A stretch of DNA of 64,000 nt from Dehalococcoidia bacterium (GTDB lineage Bacteria; Chloroflexota; Dehalococcoidia; Lucifugimonadales; G963668185): positions 536,388-600,387 of the forward strand of contig OZ253485.1 in the NCBI GenBank assembly GCA_965261935.1, given 5' to 3'. The position numbers and the translations under genes are program-made. The notes under the pieces were generated by a model. It saw nothing but the letters and a program-made list of their open reading frames with translations. It made no database searches and was not told the DNA's origin. Position 1 is the stretch's first letter. Every line of letters begins with the position of its first letter. Shown in pieces: positions 24,819-35,398 of the stretch.

Positions 24819-25386
24819 CCCGATAAGGACTCGCAGGGCCTGTCCTCCGGCGCGCGGCGCTGGATGGCCGGCGATCGGAACTCCTTCGGCCTCCTAGTTC
24901 GGACATAAGGAAACAGAATCCGCAACGGAAGCCCCCTTCGGCGGGTTCGGGCCTGCCGTTTGCTAACCGACGAGCACCGATCATGAGCCAAAGGGGGCAC
25001 GGGGCTTCACCCGTCCCCCTTCAGAGGAGACGACCGGTCCGCATTCCGCGCTCGTCTTTCCGTCCCGTTCCCCACGGGCTAGGTGGAGCATCCCAGTTAT
25101 TGGGCCGTAGCTCCTTGAATGGAACACTGGCGCCGTCGTGGCATCCAGTCGCACCGGCCGCGAACTCGGGCTTCTGCCTGCGGAGCCATCCCTTCCCACT
25201 TCCAGGTACGTGACTGCCGCATCCTCGTCCCGTCACTCCCTTAGTGTACTTCCATTGAGCGATGCATTGAATGACCATATGATGGTCCGCACCCATTTGG
25301 CTGGTCCAGTTCTTCGCGAGCAGACCATTCCTCTCCAGCTGCAATTGACGAATCTGCTTCATTGCCACTAGTATCAGTAGACGCAG

Positions 25387-28300
25387 ATGAGATTGACGAG
25401 CGCGAGTCTTAGATCAGCGTTGGTCCCTATCGGCGTAACGCTGGTCATGGTGGCGCTTATGGGGTGCGATCGCGAAGCCGCGCCCACCGAGACTCCCGAA
25501 CCCATCGTTGCTGCCACTCCGGCGCCATCCCCTACGCGGACTCCGCAGCCCGCCGCCACCCCAACTCCTGAACCTGCGGTAACTGCAACGCCGTCACCCA
25601 TATCCACGCTGACTCCGCAGCCCACCCCTTCTGTAACCCCTGAACCCGCGGTGACTGCAACGCCGTCACTCTCCCCTACACCAACTTCTGAGCCCACGGT
25701 GGCTGCAACACCGTCACCCTCCCCTACACCAACTTCTGAGCCCACCGTCACTGCGACCCCCGCGCCTGCCGCTACGACCACGCCCGTAGTCGATCTCGAG
25801 GCAATCCTGAGCTTTGACCCCACAGTGGTGCGGGGTACTCTTTCCAACGGCCTGAGTTACTACATCAGGCACAACGAGGAGCCGCGCGATCGGGCGCAGC
25901 TAACGCTCGTGGTCAGGGCAGGCTCGATATTCGAAGAGGAGGAACAGCGTGGCCTGGCGCACTTCGTAGAGCACATGGCTTTCAACGGAACTGCCCGCTT
26001 CGCCAAGCAGGAGATCATAGATTACCTTGAGTCCATCGGCAGTTCCCTTGGTCCCGACTTAAATGCCCAAACCGGCTTCGATGACACAGTGTATTGGCTG
26101 GAAGTTCCAACCGACGATCCCCAGATTACCGAAACCGCATTTCAGATTCTTAGCGACTGGGCATACGCGGTGACATTCGACCCTGCCGAAGTGGATCTCG
26201 AGCGTGCTGTCGTCCTAGAAGAGTGGCGCCTATACCAGGGATTCAACTCCCGCTTTCAAGAAAACTGGTTTCCCGTGCTGTTTGGCTCCTCGCGGTACGC
26301 AACTCGGGACCCCATTGGACTGACAGAGGTCATTGAGACAGCTCCGGTGGAACGCCTTAGGGAGTACTACGAGCGTTGGTACAGACCTGACTTGATGGCC
26401 GTAGTTGCCGTGGGCGATTTCGATATTGAATTGATCGAGTCAAAAGTTAAGAAGCACTTTGCTCCGCCACCTGAAGGCGAAGCCACTCAGACGCGCGCCG
26501 CGATCGCGCCAGCCACCGACAGGCGGCGCTTCGACATTCCGGGCCACGACGAACCACTCATTGAGGTGTTCACTGATGCCGAGTCGCCTGGTACCCAGTT
26601 CATCCTGGTTCGAAAGCTCGATCCCGACACTGGTCAAGATCTGACGGCATTCCGCCGTGTGGTGGTGGAGCGGCTTGCAATCATGATGCTCAACGCGAGG
26701 CTGTCTGAACGAGGACAGACCGCCGATCCCCCATTCTTGTGGGCCGCCACCGGGCGTTCTCAGTTTGTGGAACCACTCGACCTTCTCACATTCTCAGCAT
26801 GGATGGAGCAGGGCGGTGTCGAACGCGGACTAGAAGCCGTGCTTGAGGAGATACAGCGCATACGACAGCATGGCTTTACTGGTGGCGAGTTGGCGCGGGA
26901 GAAGGCCAATTTGCTGAGCACGGTGGAGAACATGTACAGGCAACGCGACCAGTCGACCTCATCAGAACTGGTCAATTCGTACGTGGACCACTTCATCCGA
27001 GGCGCTCCGGTTCCCGGCATTGAGGCTGAGTGGGCCCTTTACCAGGAGCTGCTGCCGCAGGTCCAGTTGGCAGATTTTGACGACCTTGCTGAGTCATGGG
27101 CAAAGCTTGAAAACACTGCGCTATTGGTAGTGCGCCCCGCCGAAACCAACGCCAGCTCGGATGAAGAACTGGCGGCGGCGGCATTGTCGCAACTCGAGAC
27201 GGCCAACACACTGGAGGTGGCAGCCTACGCGGACGACCTTGGCGATACCCCGCTGTTGGCGACAATTCCGACTCCGGGAAGCATCACTGCGGAGGAGCCA
27301 ATCGATTCTATCGACGCCCAAAGTTGGACGCTCTCAAATGGAATCACCGTGATCGCCAAGCAGACCGGCTTCCGCAACGACGAGCTTGTATTCGAGGCAT
27401 TTAGTCCTGGCGGTCATTCGCTTGTCGCAGACGAGGACCACGTGTCAGCCTTGCACGCTGACAGCCTAGCTTCCGGCAGCGGCGTCGGTCCACACGACAA
27501 CGTAACCCTGGATAAACTGCTGGCCGGCAAGAGAGTTTCGGTGTCGCCATACATCGGAGAGTTGTTCGAAGGTTTCACGGGCAATTCCTCACCGGAAGAC
27601 TTGGAGACTCTATTTCAGTTGGTCACGCTTTACGCAACTGAGCCCAGGCTGGACCCGGTCTACTATTCAACCTACGAGTCAACTCTCCAGAGCGTCGCCG
27701 AGACTCGTGCCGCCCAGCCTGACGCGATCCTCTTCGACACAGCGAACACTGTGCTGGGCCAGGCTCACTTCCGCCAGCGTCCACTTACAATCGAGTTGCT
27801 GGAGGAACTGAGCCTGGAGCATGCAAAGGCGGTGTTTTCCGACCGGTTTGCAGACTTGGGCGATGCGACATTTGTGTTCGTTGGCGCATTCGACTGGGAA
27901 GACCTCCGAGCATTCTCAGCTACCTATTTGGCCAGCTTGCCGGTCACTGGTCGTACCGAGCAGTGGCGCGATGTCGGGATCGACCCGCCGACTATGGTGG
28001 AGGATCACATCGTGCGCAGCGGCATTGAACCGCGAAGCAGGACTGTGTTGGTGTTCGCCGGAGATTTGGATTGGAGCCGCAACGAAGCGCTGGCGCTCAC
28101 TGTGGCAGGCGAGATGCTTGGGATCCGCCTCCGGGAACGTGTGCGGGAGCAACTTGGCGGCACTTACAGCATCAGCGTAAACGCTGATGGTTCCACACCT
28201 CTGCCGGACCCCGAGTACCAAGCCTCCATCATATTCGGCAGTGATCCTTCACGCACCGAAGAACTCTTTAGGGAAGTGATGGCAGAAGTGAAGTGGCTTC

Positions 28301-28557
28301 GGGAAGGCGGAGAGCAGGATTATTTGGACACCGTTAAGGAACTTCTGCGAACGACGCGGCAAGAACAGCTGCGAGACAACGATTTCTGGCTGCGTCAGAT
28401 TCGGACCGCAATGCAGCGCGGTGAGTCACTCACGGAGATCCTCAGCTTCGATGAACGTTTGGAGGCCTTGACGCTGGAGCAGGTCGCAGCAGCGGCTCTG
28501 CGCTACCTCACTGACGACCGCTACGTGCGGATCGTGCTGCTCCCCGAAGAAGGATAA
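25387..28557 (+). CDS. M16 (pitrilysin/insulinase) family zinc metallopeptidase lipoprotein
   Basis: 1056 aa. Lipobox ALMGC, Pro/Thr-rich linker, HFVEHMAFNGT (HxxEH) zinc motif. Two M16 halves. Confidence 0.9.
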   Translation: MRLTSASLRSALVPIGVTLVMVALMGCDREAAPTETPEPIVAATPAPSPTRTPQPAATPTPEPAVTATPSPISTLTPQPTPSVTPEPAVTATPSLSPTPTSEPTVAATPSPSPTPTSEPTVTATPAPAATTTPVVDLEAILSFDPTVVRGTLSNGLSYYIRHNEEPRDRAQLTLVVRAGSIFEEEEQRGLAHFVEHMAFNGTARFAKQEIIDYLESIGSSLGPDLNAQTGFDDTVYWLEVPTDDPQITETAFQILSDWAYAVTFDPAEVDLERAVVLEEWRLYQGFNSRFQENWFPVLFGSSRYATRDPIGLTEVIETAPVERLREYYERWYRPDLMAVVAVGDFDIELIESKVKKHFAPPPEGEATQTRAAIAPATDRRRFDIPGHDEPLIEVFTDAESPGTQFILVRKLDPDTGQDLTAFRRVVVERLAIMMLNARLSERGQTADPPFLWAATGRSQFVEPLDLLTFSAWMEQGGVERGLEAVLEEIQRIRQHGFTGGELAREKANLLSTVENMYRQRDQSTSSELVNSYVDHFIRGAPVPGIEAEWALYQELLPQVQLADFDDLAESWAKLENTALLVVRPAETNASSDEELAAAALSQLETANTLEVAAYADDLGDTPLLATIPTPGSITAEEPIDSIDAQSWTLSNGITVIAKQTGFRNDELVFEAFSPGGHSLVADEDHVSALHADSLASGSGVGPHDNVTLDKLLAGKRVSVSPYIGELFEGFTGNSSPEDLETLFQLVTLYATEPRLDPVYYSTYESTLQSVAETRAAQPDAILFDTANTVLGQAHFRQRPLTIELLEELSLEHAKAVFSDRFADLGDATFVFVGAFDWEDLRAFSATYLASLPVTGRTEQWRDVGIDPPTMVEDHIVRSGIEPRSRTVLVFAGDLDWSRNEALALTVAGEMLGIRLRERVREQLGGTYSISVNADGSTPLPDPEYQASIIFGSDPSRTEELFREVMAEVKWLREGGEQDYLDTVKELLRTTRQEQLRDNDFWLRQIRTAMQRGESLTEILSFDERLEALTLEQVAAAALRYLTDDRYVRIVLLPEEG
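25657..25752 (+). repeat. 48-bp x2 tandem repeat in the Pro/Thr linker
   Basis: ATPSLSPTPTSEPTVA / ATPSPSPTPTSEPTVT; nucleotide units 25657-25704 and 25705-25752 differ at a few positions. Confidence 0.8.
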
Positions 28558-28753
28558 CACTCGCGCAAGACTCTCGAGTTGTGCGCGTCGGGCGTTACGG
28601 CAGCTTATCGCTTCCTTGCCAATGCTTGGGCTGTGTACTTCGCACCATCTTCGATTTCTTCGGCAATCGGACTGCTGTTGTCTGGCACGAGGTCATTTTC
28701 TCTGTCCCTCGGCGCACTTATGAAGGAGAAGCAATGGATTTGAGAAGTTGCCG

Positions 28754-30437
28754 CGCTCCGGGAGGGATATGTAGGAGTACGTGGTCGTGCAAGTGGTGGA
28801 GGAGGCGAGCGAAGCGGCCGACTTGATGTCCTCAACGGTCTACTTGCGGGGCACGGTTGGATGTATTGGTAGGTTGTGAGCAACTTTCGAGTTGCGTGTT
28901 GCTGTGCTGACGCCCTGAACTGTTGATAGAGCATTTTGCATGTTCGGCGTGAGTACAAATGTCCCCATGTGATTAAGTACCTTTCGGCCTCGACAACGCC
29001 GCGCCGAGTCGGTACGTTTAATGTGAGGGATGCAATGGATCCACGCCATCAAGTGAGAGGGGTCCATCGATATCATTGCCAATGGACGGTATCGGCGTAG
29101 AGGGTCCAATCCCCGTAGCGTCGTAACGAGGGCAGGGGTGGAGGGCTAGGTACCTGGCATGCTTGGGGCCGACATACGCAGACAGGTTGTCCAGGCGGTG
29201 CGAGCCGACCCGGACGCAATGGTGTACGCCGCGAGAGTCTCAGTGTGGATGCGCTGGCTCATCTGGCTGGCTGCAGTGGCTGTGACGGCCTTTCGACCGG
29301 AGTTCTGGTACGCCACCGGCAAGCAGCACCTGTTCCTGAACGTGCCTCTGGTGGTGTTCAACGGCCTTGTCCACTACCGTCTCTGGACTGGCCGGGCGGT
29401 GACGTGGCGTTGGCTAGTATTCCTCAGCGGACTGGACATCGCCCTGATCACTGCCGCCATCATCGGCGGCGAATTCGGCCTGTTCATCTATGTGGCCTAC
29501 TATCCCGCCCTGGCGCTGTTCGCCGTCGTCTTCGCGTCCCTGTGGCTCAGTCTCGCCTGGACCACGATGGTCGCTGCCATCTATGCCGTTGTCACTCTGA
29601 CGGCGGGCTCCGGCCTCGACTTCGAATCCGGTCAGGAGAAGGCTCTCCTAGCCAGGTTGGTGGCAATGTATGCGGTTGCCGCATCGGTCAGCCTGATCGC
29701 CCGGTTCGAGCAGGTCAGGAGACAGGAGTCCTCAGAACGGGAGAAGGAGTTGCATCGGGAGCGCGTTGAGCTTTCCCAGGCCATTCATGACACGGCCGCA
29801 CAGACCGCATACATGATCGGCTTGGGGATACACAGGGCCATGAAGCTGGCCGCCGGTCTGAGCGAGGATCTGACTGCCACACTGGCCGCGACCTCATCGC
29901 TGTCCAAGGTGGCTATGTGGGAGTTGAGGCGTCCCATCAACGAGGGTTACTTCTTCGAGGGTAGAGAGTTGGCCCGCGTGCTCTGGTCACACACAGAGAC
30001 ATTTGCGAAGGTCGCCGCGGTCCCTGCGGAGATGTCTCAGACCGGGACTGAGCCGCCGCTCGCAGTGGTCACCCGAACCCGCCTCTTCTCCATAGCCCAC
30101 AATGCACTCACCAATGCGTTTCTGCACGCCCGTGCCAGCAAGGTGGAGGTCAGGCTGGACTTCGAGGCCGACGGCATCCGACTGTCCGTCTCGGACGACG
30201 GGGTTGGCCTTCCCGACGACTACGCAGAACGCGGTAGAGGCTTCATAGGCATGAAGGCGGACGCTGAGCAACTCGGCGGCGCGCTCACCGTTGAAACAGA
30301 CGCTCGCCACGGAGGAACGACCGTGACCTGCAAGACGCCCTACAGATAAATCGTTGGCGGGAGGCCCAGATGTCTTCGACTGAAAGGATCAGAGTGATGC
30401 TGGTAGACGACCACCCCATCATGAGGAACGGTCTGCG
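28754..30437 (+). repeat. Left arm of the 1,684-bp inverted duplication
   Basis: Position x pairs with 61492-x. All ORF-track translations in the arm recur verbatim in the right arm. The boundary bases were checked by eye. Confidence 0.9.
29159..30349 (+). CDS. Sensor histidine kinase, HisKA_3 (NarL-partner) type, multi-TM sensor domain
   Basis: 396 aa. About six TM helices. H-box ELSQAIHDTAAQ, N-box HNALTNAFLHA, G1 DDGVGLP, G2 GFIGMKADAEQLGG. Confidence 0.9.
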   Translation: MLGADIRRQVVQAVRADPDAMVYAARVSVWMRWLIWLAAVAVTAFRPEFWYATGKQHLFLNVPLVVFNGLVHYRLWTGRAVTWRWLVFLSGLDIALITAAIIGGEFGLFIYVAYYPALALFAVVFASLWLSLAWTTMVAAIYAVVTLTAGSGLDFESGQEKALLARLVAMYAVAASVSLIARFEQVRRQESSEREKELHRERVELSQAIHDTAAQTAYMIGLGIHRAMKLAAGLSEDLTATLAATSSLSKVAMWELRRPINEGYFFEGRELARVLWSHTETFAKVAAVPAEMSQTGTEPPLAVVTRTRLFSIAHNALTNAFLHARASKVEVRLDFEADGIRLSVSDDGVGLPDDYAERGRGFIGMKADAEQLGGALTVETDARHGGTTVTCKTPYR

Positions 30438-31044
30438 ACACGCTCTGGAAAGTGAGGGGGACTTCGTGATCGTAGGTCAAGCCGGAGATGGAAGAGAGGC
30501 AGTGAGGGTAGCGGAGATCGTCGAGCCTGATGTGATTGTCATGGACGTGATGATGCCGCACAAAGACGGCGTCGAGGCTTGTCGGGAGATCATGGATCTG
30601 CTGCCGGACACTCGGGTGCTGATGCTAACGGCCTCGACCGAAGAGAATGTGGTCGTGGAGGCGGTCGCTGCCGGCGCGACGGGCTATTTGCAGAAGTACA
30701 CAGGGCCTGAGGAGTTGGCAGATGCTGTTCGGGACGTGGCTCAGGATCGTATGCGCATACCAGACAAGTCTCTTAGGCACGTCTTTGCGACAATCCGCGG
30801 CCAGCGCGGGCTCACTGCTGGCCGGACTATGGATGCGTTGACCCCTAGGGAAAGGGAGATCGTAAAGTTGTTTGCCGACGGCAAGTCATACGCTCAGATC
30901 GCCAAGGCCAGAGGTAACAGCACAGCGACCGTCAGAAACGCGATCTACCGAATTCAGGACAAATTGGGGATCAGTACGAAGCAGGAAATCGTGGTCTGGG
31001 CTGTGAGGAGCGGCCTGCTGGACGAGGTGGACTCGGGCGGCTGA
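30370..31044 (+). CDS. NarL/FixJ-family response regulator (REC + LuxR HTH)
   Basis: 224 aa. MLVDDHP, phospho-acceptor VIVMDVMMP, LTASTE. C-terminal LTPREREIVKLFADGKSYAQIA...TVRNAIYRIQDKLG. Confidence 0.9.
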   Translation: MSSTERIRVMLVDDHPIMRNGLRHALESEGDFVIVGQAGDGREAVRVAEIVEPDVIVMDVMMPHKDGVEACREIMDLLPDTRVLMLTASTEENVVVEAVAAGATGYLQKYTGPEELADAVRDVAQDRMRIPDKSLRHVFATIRGQRGLTAGRTMDALTPREREIVKLFADGKSYAQIAKARGNSTATVRNAIYRIQDKLGISTKQEIVVWAVRSGLLDEVDSGG

Positions 31045-31054
31045 AGCCCAACAA

Positions 31055-31122
31055 CGCAGACCGTTCCTCATGATGGGGTGGTCGTCTACCAGCATCACTC
31101 TGATCCTTTCAGTCGAAGACAT
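31055..31122 (-). pseudogene. Duplicated 5' stub (23 codons) of the response-regulator gene
   Basis: MSSTERIRVMLVDDHPIMRNGLR is identical to the intact gene. Track ORF 30886..31122 then reads antisense through the regulator's 3' end. Confidence 0.8.
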
Positions 31123-31142
31123 CTGGGCCTCCCGCCAACGAT

Positions 31143-32333
31143 TTATCTGTAGGGCGTCTTGCAGGTCACGGTCGTTCCTCCGTGGCGAGCGTCTGTTTCA
31201 ACGGTGAGCGCGCCGCCGAGTTGCTCAGCGTCCGCCTTCATGCCTATGAAGCCTCTACCGCGTTCTGCGTAGTCGTCGGGAAGGCCAACCCCGTCGTCCG
31301 AGACGGACAGTCGGATGCCGTCGGCCTCGAAGTCCAGCCTGACCTCCACCTTGCTGGCACGGGCGTGCAGAAACGCATTGGTGAGTGCATTGTGGGCTAT
31401 GGAGAAGAGGCGGGTTCGGGTGACCACTGCGAGCGGCGGCTCAGTCCCGGTCTGAGACATCTCCGCAGGGACCGCGGCGACCTTCGCAAATGTCTCTGTG
31501 TGTGACCAGAGCACGCGGGCCAACTCTCTACCCTCGAAGAAGTAACCCTCGTTGATGGGACGCCTCAACTCCCACATAGCCACCTTGGACAGCGATGAGG
31601 TCGCGGCCAGTGTGGCAGTCAGATCCTCGCTCAGACCGGCGGCCAGCTTCATGGCCCTGTGTATCCCCAAGCCGATCATGTATGCGGTCTGTGCGGCCGT
31701 GTCATGAATGGCCTGGGAAAGCTCAACGCGCTCCCGATGCAACTCCTTCTCCCGTTCTGAGGACTCCTGTCTCCTGACCTGCTCGAACCGGGCGATCAGG
31801 CTGACCGATGCGGCAACCGCATACATTGCCACCAACCTGGCTAGGAGAGCCTTCTCCTGACCGGATTCGAAGTCGAGGCCGGAGCCCGCCGTCAGAGTGA
31901 CAACGGCATAGATGGCAGCGACCATCGTGGTCCAGGCGAGACTGAGCCACAGGGACGCGAAGACGACGGCGAACAGCGCCAGGGCGGGATAGTAGGCCAC
32001 ATAGATGAACAGGCCGAATTCGCCGCCGATGATGGCGGCAGTGATCAGGGCGATGTCCAGTCCGCTGAGGAATACTAGCCAACGCCACGTCACCGCCCGG
32101 CCAGTCCAGAGACGGTAGTGGACAAGGCCGTTGAACACCACCAGAGGCACGTTCAGGAACAGGTGCTGCTTGCCGGTGGCGTACCAGAACTCCGGTCGAA
32201 AGGCCGTCACAGCCACTGCAGCCAGCCAGATGAGCCAGCGCATCCACACTGAGACTCTCGCGGCGTACACCATTGCGTCCGGGTCGGCTCGCACCGCCTG
32301 GACAACCTGTCTGCGTATGTCGGCCCCAAGCAT
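31143..32333 (-). CDS. Second, identical copy of the HisKA_3 histidine kinase
   Basis: 396/396 aa identical to 29159..30349. Confidence 0.85.
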   Translation of the reverse strand: MLGADIRRQVVQAVRADPDAMVYAARVSVWMRWLIWLAAVAVTAFRPEFWYATGKQHLFLNVPLVVFNGLVHYRLWTGRAVTWRWLVFLSGLDIALITAAIIGGEFGLFIYVAYYPALALFAVVFASLWLSLAWTTMVAAIYAVVTLTAGSGLDFESGQEKALLARLVAMYAVAASVSLIARFEQVRRQESSEREKELHRERVELSQAIHDTAAQTAYMIGLGIHRAMKLAAGLSEDLTATLAATSSLSKVAMWELRRPINEGYFFEGRELARVLWSHTETFAKVAAVPAEMSQTGTEPPLAVVTRTRLFSIAHNALTNAFLHARASKVEVRLDFEADGIRLSVSDDGVGLPDDYAERGRGFIGMKADAEQLGGALTVETDARHGGTTVTCKTPYR

Positions 32334-32905
32334 GCCAGGTACCTAGCCCTCCACCCCTGCCCTCGTTACGACGCTACGGGGATTGGACCCTCTACGCCGA
32401 TACCGTCCATTGGCAATGATATCGATGGACCCCTCTCACTTGATGGCGTGGATCCATTGCATCCCTCACATTAAACGTACCGACTCGGCGCGGCGTTGTC
32501 GAGGCCGAAAGGTACTTAATCACATGGGGACATTTGTACTCACGCCGAACATGCAAAATGCTCTATCAACAGTTCAGGGCGTCAGCACAGCAACACGCAA
32601 CTCGAAAGTTGCTCACAACCTACCAATACATCCAACCGTGCCCCGCAAGTAGACCGTTGAGGACATCAAGTCGGCCGCTTCGCTCGCCTCCTCCACCACT
32701 TGCACGACCACGTACTCCTACATATCCCTCCCGGAGCGTTCCCATTACTCAGATGGACAAATCGACTGCTTCTGCAATTTCAATGTGGGACGCATATGAT
32801 GCCATGCTCCCAAACAGACAAGGATGACCTTGCAGTGTAGAGTACCAATTGGAATACTTGGCGATGCCGTCACACCAGTGTTTGGCTTCACCCAACGTAC
32901 CTACC

Positions 32906-34048
32906 CTACGACCTCGCAACACTGAGCAGTTCGCGGAATAGTGCTTCCCAGCGATCCAGCACCGCGGTGTCGGAGAACTCGGTGCGAACGCGTTCAAACG
33001 CCCGGTCCGCCAAGGCCTGCCGTTCCTCGGGACTCGCATCCATAAGTTTCTCCATTGCGTTCGCGAGTGCCTCCGAATTTCCCGGCGGTGCGAGGAGACC
33101 GGACACTCCATCCTCCAGTATCTCGGGTATGGACGCGACGGATGTCGCGACCACGGGTCTACGCGAGGCCATCGCCTCCAACACGACCACTGGCATGCCC
33201 TCCCAAGCTGAAGAAAGCACCAGTGCATCACTTGCCTGTAGCAGCCGTGGCACATCACGCCGCAGTCCCAGCATAGCGACGCGCTCCTCCAGCCCAAGGC
33301 GCCGCACAAGCGACTGCACTTCGCTCCGTAAGGGGCCGTCTCCCGCGATGGCCAGGTACGATTCCGGGCGCTTGCAGGACAACTCCGAGAATGCATTCAG
33401 CATCGTCGGGTAACCTTTTTGGACAGCCAAGCGCCCCGCGGCCAGCCACAGGAACTGATCGCGAGATATGCCCAACTCTCCTCGCGTTTCTTCACGGCTC
33501 CCGTCCGGCGCGAACCTGTCGATGTCAACGAAGTTGGGGATGACCCGGACTCGGGACGCCGTGGTGACTCCCCGCCGGCAAAGCTCGTCAGCGAGACTAC
33601 TCGACAACACCGTCACGGCGTCAGCCATGCCGTCTGTAAGCCCCAGCAGCCTTTCTCTGACTGGGGAGTCACGCTCGTTATGAATCGAAGACACGCGCGC
33701 CCGGACTCCAACCAGAAGGCGTGGAAGCCGAGCCGTTATCATGCCGTGGTACATGAACCCTACGAGAACATCGGGCCGTTGCCGCCTGATCACAGATGCG
33801 GCCGAGATCAGGCTAGCGAATCTCCGTGCCCCGTCGGAGGCGTTCAGCGTCAACACGGTCACGTCCTGCTCTCGAAGCTCGCGGCGCAGCGAGTCCTTAG
33901 AGAACGGCAGATATGAGAGGACTGTCACCCGCCACCCCCTCCCTGCGAGGCCATTAGCAATGGCCACCAGTTGGTTCTCCGCGCCGCCCCGCTCAAGGCC
34001 GCTGATCACAAACATCACATGCGCGGAAACTGGCGGAGCTTTCCTCAA
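32906..34048 (-). CDS. Glycosyltransferase family 4
   Basis: GGAENQ N-terminal motif. SSAWEGMPVVVLEAMASRRPVVATSVASIPEIL (E-x7-E). Confidence 0.85.
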   Translation of the reverse strand: MRKAPPVSAHVMFVISGLERGGAENQLVAIANGLAGRGWRVTVLSYLPFSKDSLRRELREQDVTVLTLNASDGARRFASLISAASVIRRQRPDVLVGFMYHGMITARLPRLLVGVRARVSSIHNERDSPVRERLLGLTDGMADAVTVLSSSLADELCRRGVTTASRVRVIPNFVDIDRFAPDGSREETRGELGISRDQFLWLAAGRLAVQKGYPTMLNAFSELSCKRPESYLAIAGDGPLRSEVQSLVRRLGLEERVAMLGLRRDVPRLLQASDALVLSSAWEGMPVVVLEAMASRRPVVATSVASIPEILEDGVSGLLAPPGNSEALANAMEKLMDASPEERQALADRAFERVRTEFSDTAVLDRWEALFRELLSVARS

Positions 34049-34069
34049 ACGCTCACTGCACGTCCCTGG

Positions 34070-35398
34070 TCACAGCGTAAAGACTCTACCGGCTACAGCC
34101 CCTGCCTTCCGTAAGGCGTTGCGTGTGTCGACGAATAGGTGGCCGGCGGCCGCGACCGTCTGCCAATCGTACGAGCTGTGGTCCGTGACGATAACAGCGC
34201 AATCGGCCTTTTGCAGCGCGTCTTCCAGAGTAAGTTGTCCCTCGGTTGCAACGCTTCGTAAGTCCATTCCTTCATAGTGGATGGCGGGAACTAACGGGTC
34301 GTGGTAAGCGACAATCGCCCCCTTCCCGGCCAGAAGACGGACTATCTCCAAGGCAGGCGATTCCCTTGTGTCGTTGACATCTGGTTTGTAGGCGATTCCC
34401 AATATCAGTACGCTCGATCCTCTCAGGGCCTTCGATTCTTCGTTTAGCGCATCGGCAATCTTGCCGACCACGTGCTGAGGCATCGAGAAGTTGATGTCCT
34501 CAGCTAGCTGTATGAAGCGGGCCGTGTAGTCCAACGTCCGCAGTTTCCACGCAAGGTATTGTGGGTCTACGGGAATGCAGTGGCCGCCCAGCCCGGGCCC
34601 AGGGTAGAACGCCATGAATCCGAACGGCTTGGTTCCCGCGGCTTCGATGACCTCCCATACGTCCAGTCCCAAGCGATCGCAGATCAAGGCCATCTCGTTG
34701 GCTAGGGCGATGTTTGTTGCCCGGAAAGTATTCTCCAGCAGCTTGGCCATCTCGGCCGCCTTGGGGGATGAGACGCAGTGAACACGGTCAACTATCGATT
34801 CATAGAGCGCAGACGCCGCTTCGGTGCAAGCGGGGGTGAGACCGCCAATTAGCTTCGGCGTGTTCGATATTGTCCAGGCGCTCTGGCCCGGATCAACGCG
34901 TTCGGGCGAGAACGCCAGGTAGAAGTCGCGTCCGGGCTCCAGCCTGGTATTGCAGTTGGCCTGTAGCAAGGGAAGCAAGAACTCTTCCGTGCAGCCGGGA
35001 TACATCGTGCTCTCCATTACTACAAGCGTGCCTTCGCGCAGATGCGGCGAGATCCGCTCGACTGCGTCCGCCACGTGCGAGACATCCGGGGAACGCGTCT
35101 TGCCGAGAGGCGTTGGCACGCAAACGATAATCGCGTCTGATAGCGCAACGGCTTCATAGTCTTCTGCCGCGGTAACTCTGCCCTCTTGCAGGACCAACCT
35201 CTCTATTGTCGAGTCTGCTACGTCACTGATGTAGGACTGCCCCGCGTTTATCGCCCGCACCCGCTCTTTGTCGATGTCTATTCCGTGGACAGTAAATCCC
35301 GCATCGGCAAAGAGTATTGCCAGCGGCAAGCCGACGTACCCGAGCCCCACGATGGAGATGACGGCTTCGCGGCTGGAAATCCGACTCTGAACGTTCAT
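34070..35398 (-). CDS. Nucleotide-sugar dehydrogenase (WecC/TviB-like, UDP-glucose/GDP-mannose dehydrogenase family)
   Basis: Track ORF trimmed to MNVQSRIS... VGLGYVGLPLAILFADAG Rossmann motif. Catalytic-region GGHCIPVDP. Confidence 0.85.
   Translation of the reverse strand: MNVQSRISSREAVISIVGLGYVGLPLAILFADAGFTVHGIDIDKERVRAINAGQSYISDVADSTIERLVLQEGRVTAAEDYEAVALSDAIIVCVPTPLGKTRSPDVSHVADAVERISPHLREGTLVVMESTMYPGCTEEFLLPLLQANCNTRLEPGRDFYLAFSPERVDPGQSAWTISNTPKLIGGLTPACTEAASALYESIVDRVHCVSSPKAAEMAKLLENTFRATNIALANEMALICDRLGLDVWEVIEAAGTKPFGFMAFYPGPGLGGHCIPVDPQYLAWKLRTLDYTARFIQLAEDINFSMPQHVVGKIADALNEESKALRGSSVLILGIAYKPDVNDTRESPALEIVRLLAGKGAIVAYHDPLVPAIHYEGMDLRSVATEGQLTLEDALQKADCAVIVTDHSSYDWQTVAAAGHLFVDTRNALRKAGAVAGRVFTL

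Larger units (their letters stand above)
31055..32738 (-). repeat. Right arm of the 1,684-bp inverted duplication
   Basis: Reverse complement of 28754-30437. Begins 10 nt after the regulator stop codon. Confidence 0.9.

Noticed and set aside
32749-33396. Minus-strand ORF of 215 aa overlapping the last glycosyltransferase gene
   Set aside because: Out of frame with the GT4 ORF that carries the E-x7-E motif. Its Cys/Trp/Arg-rich composition looks spurious.
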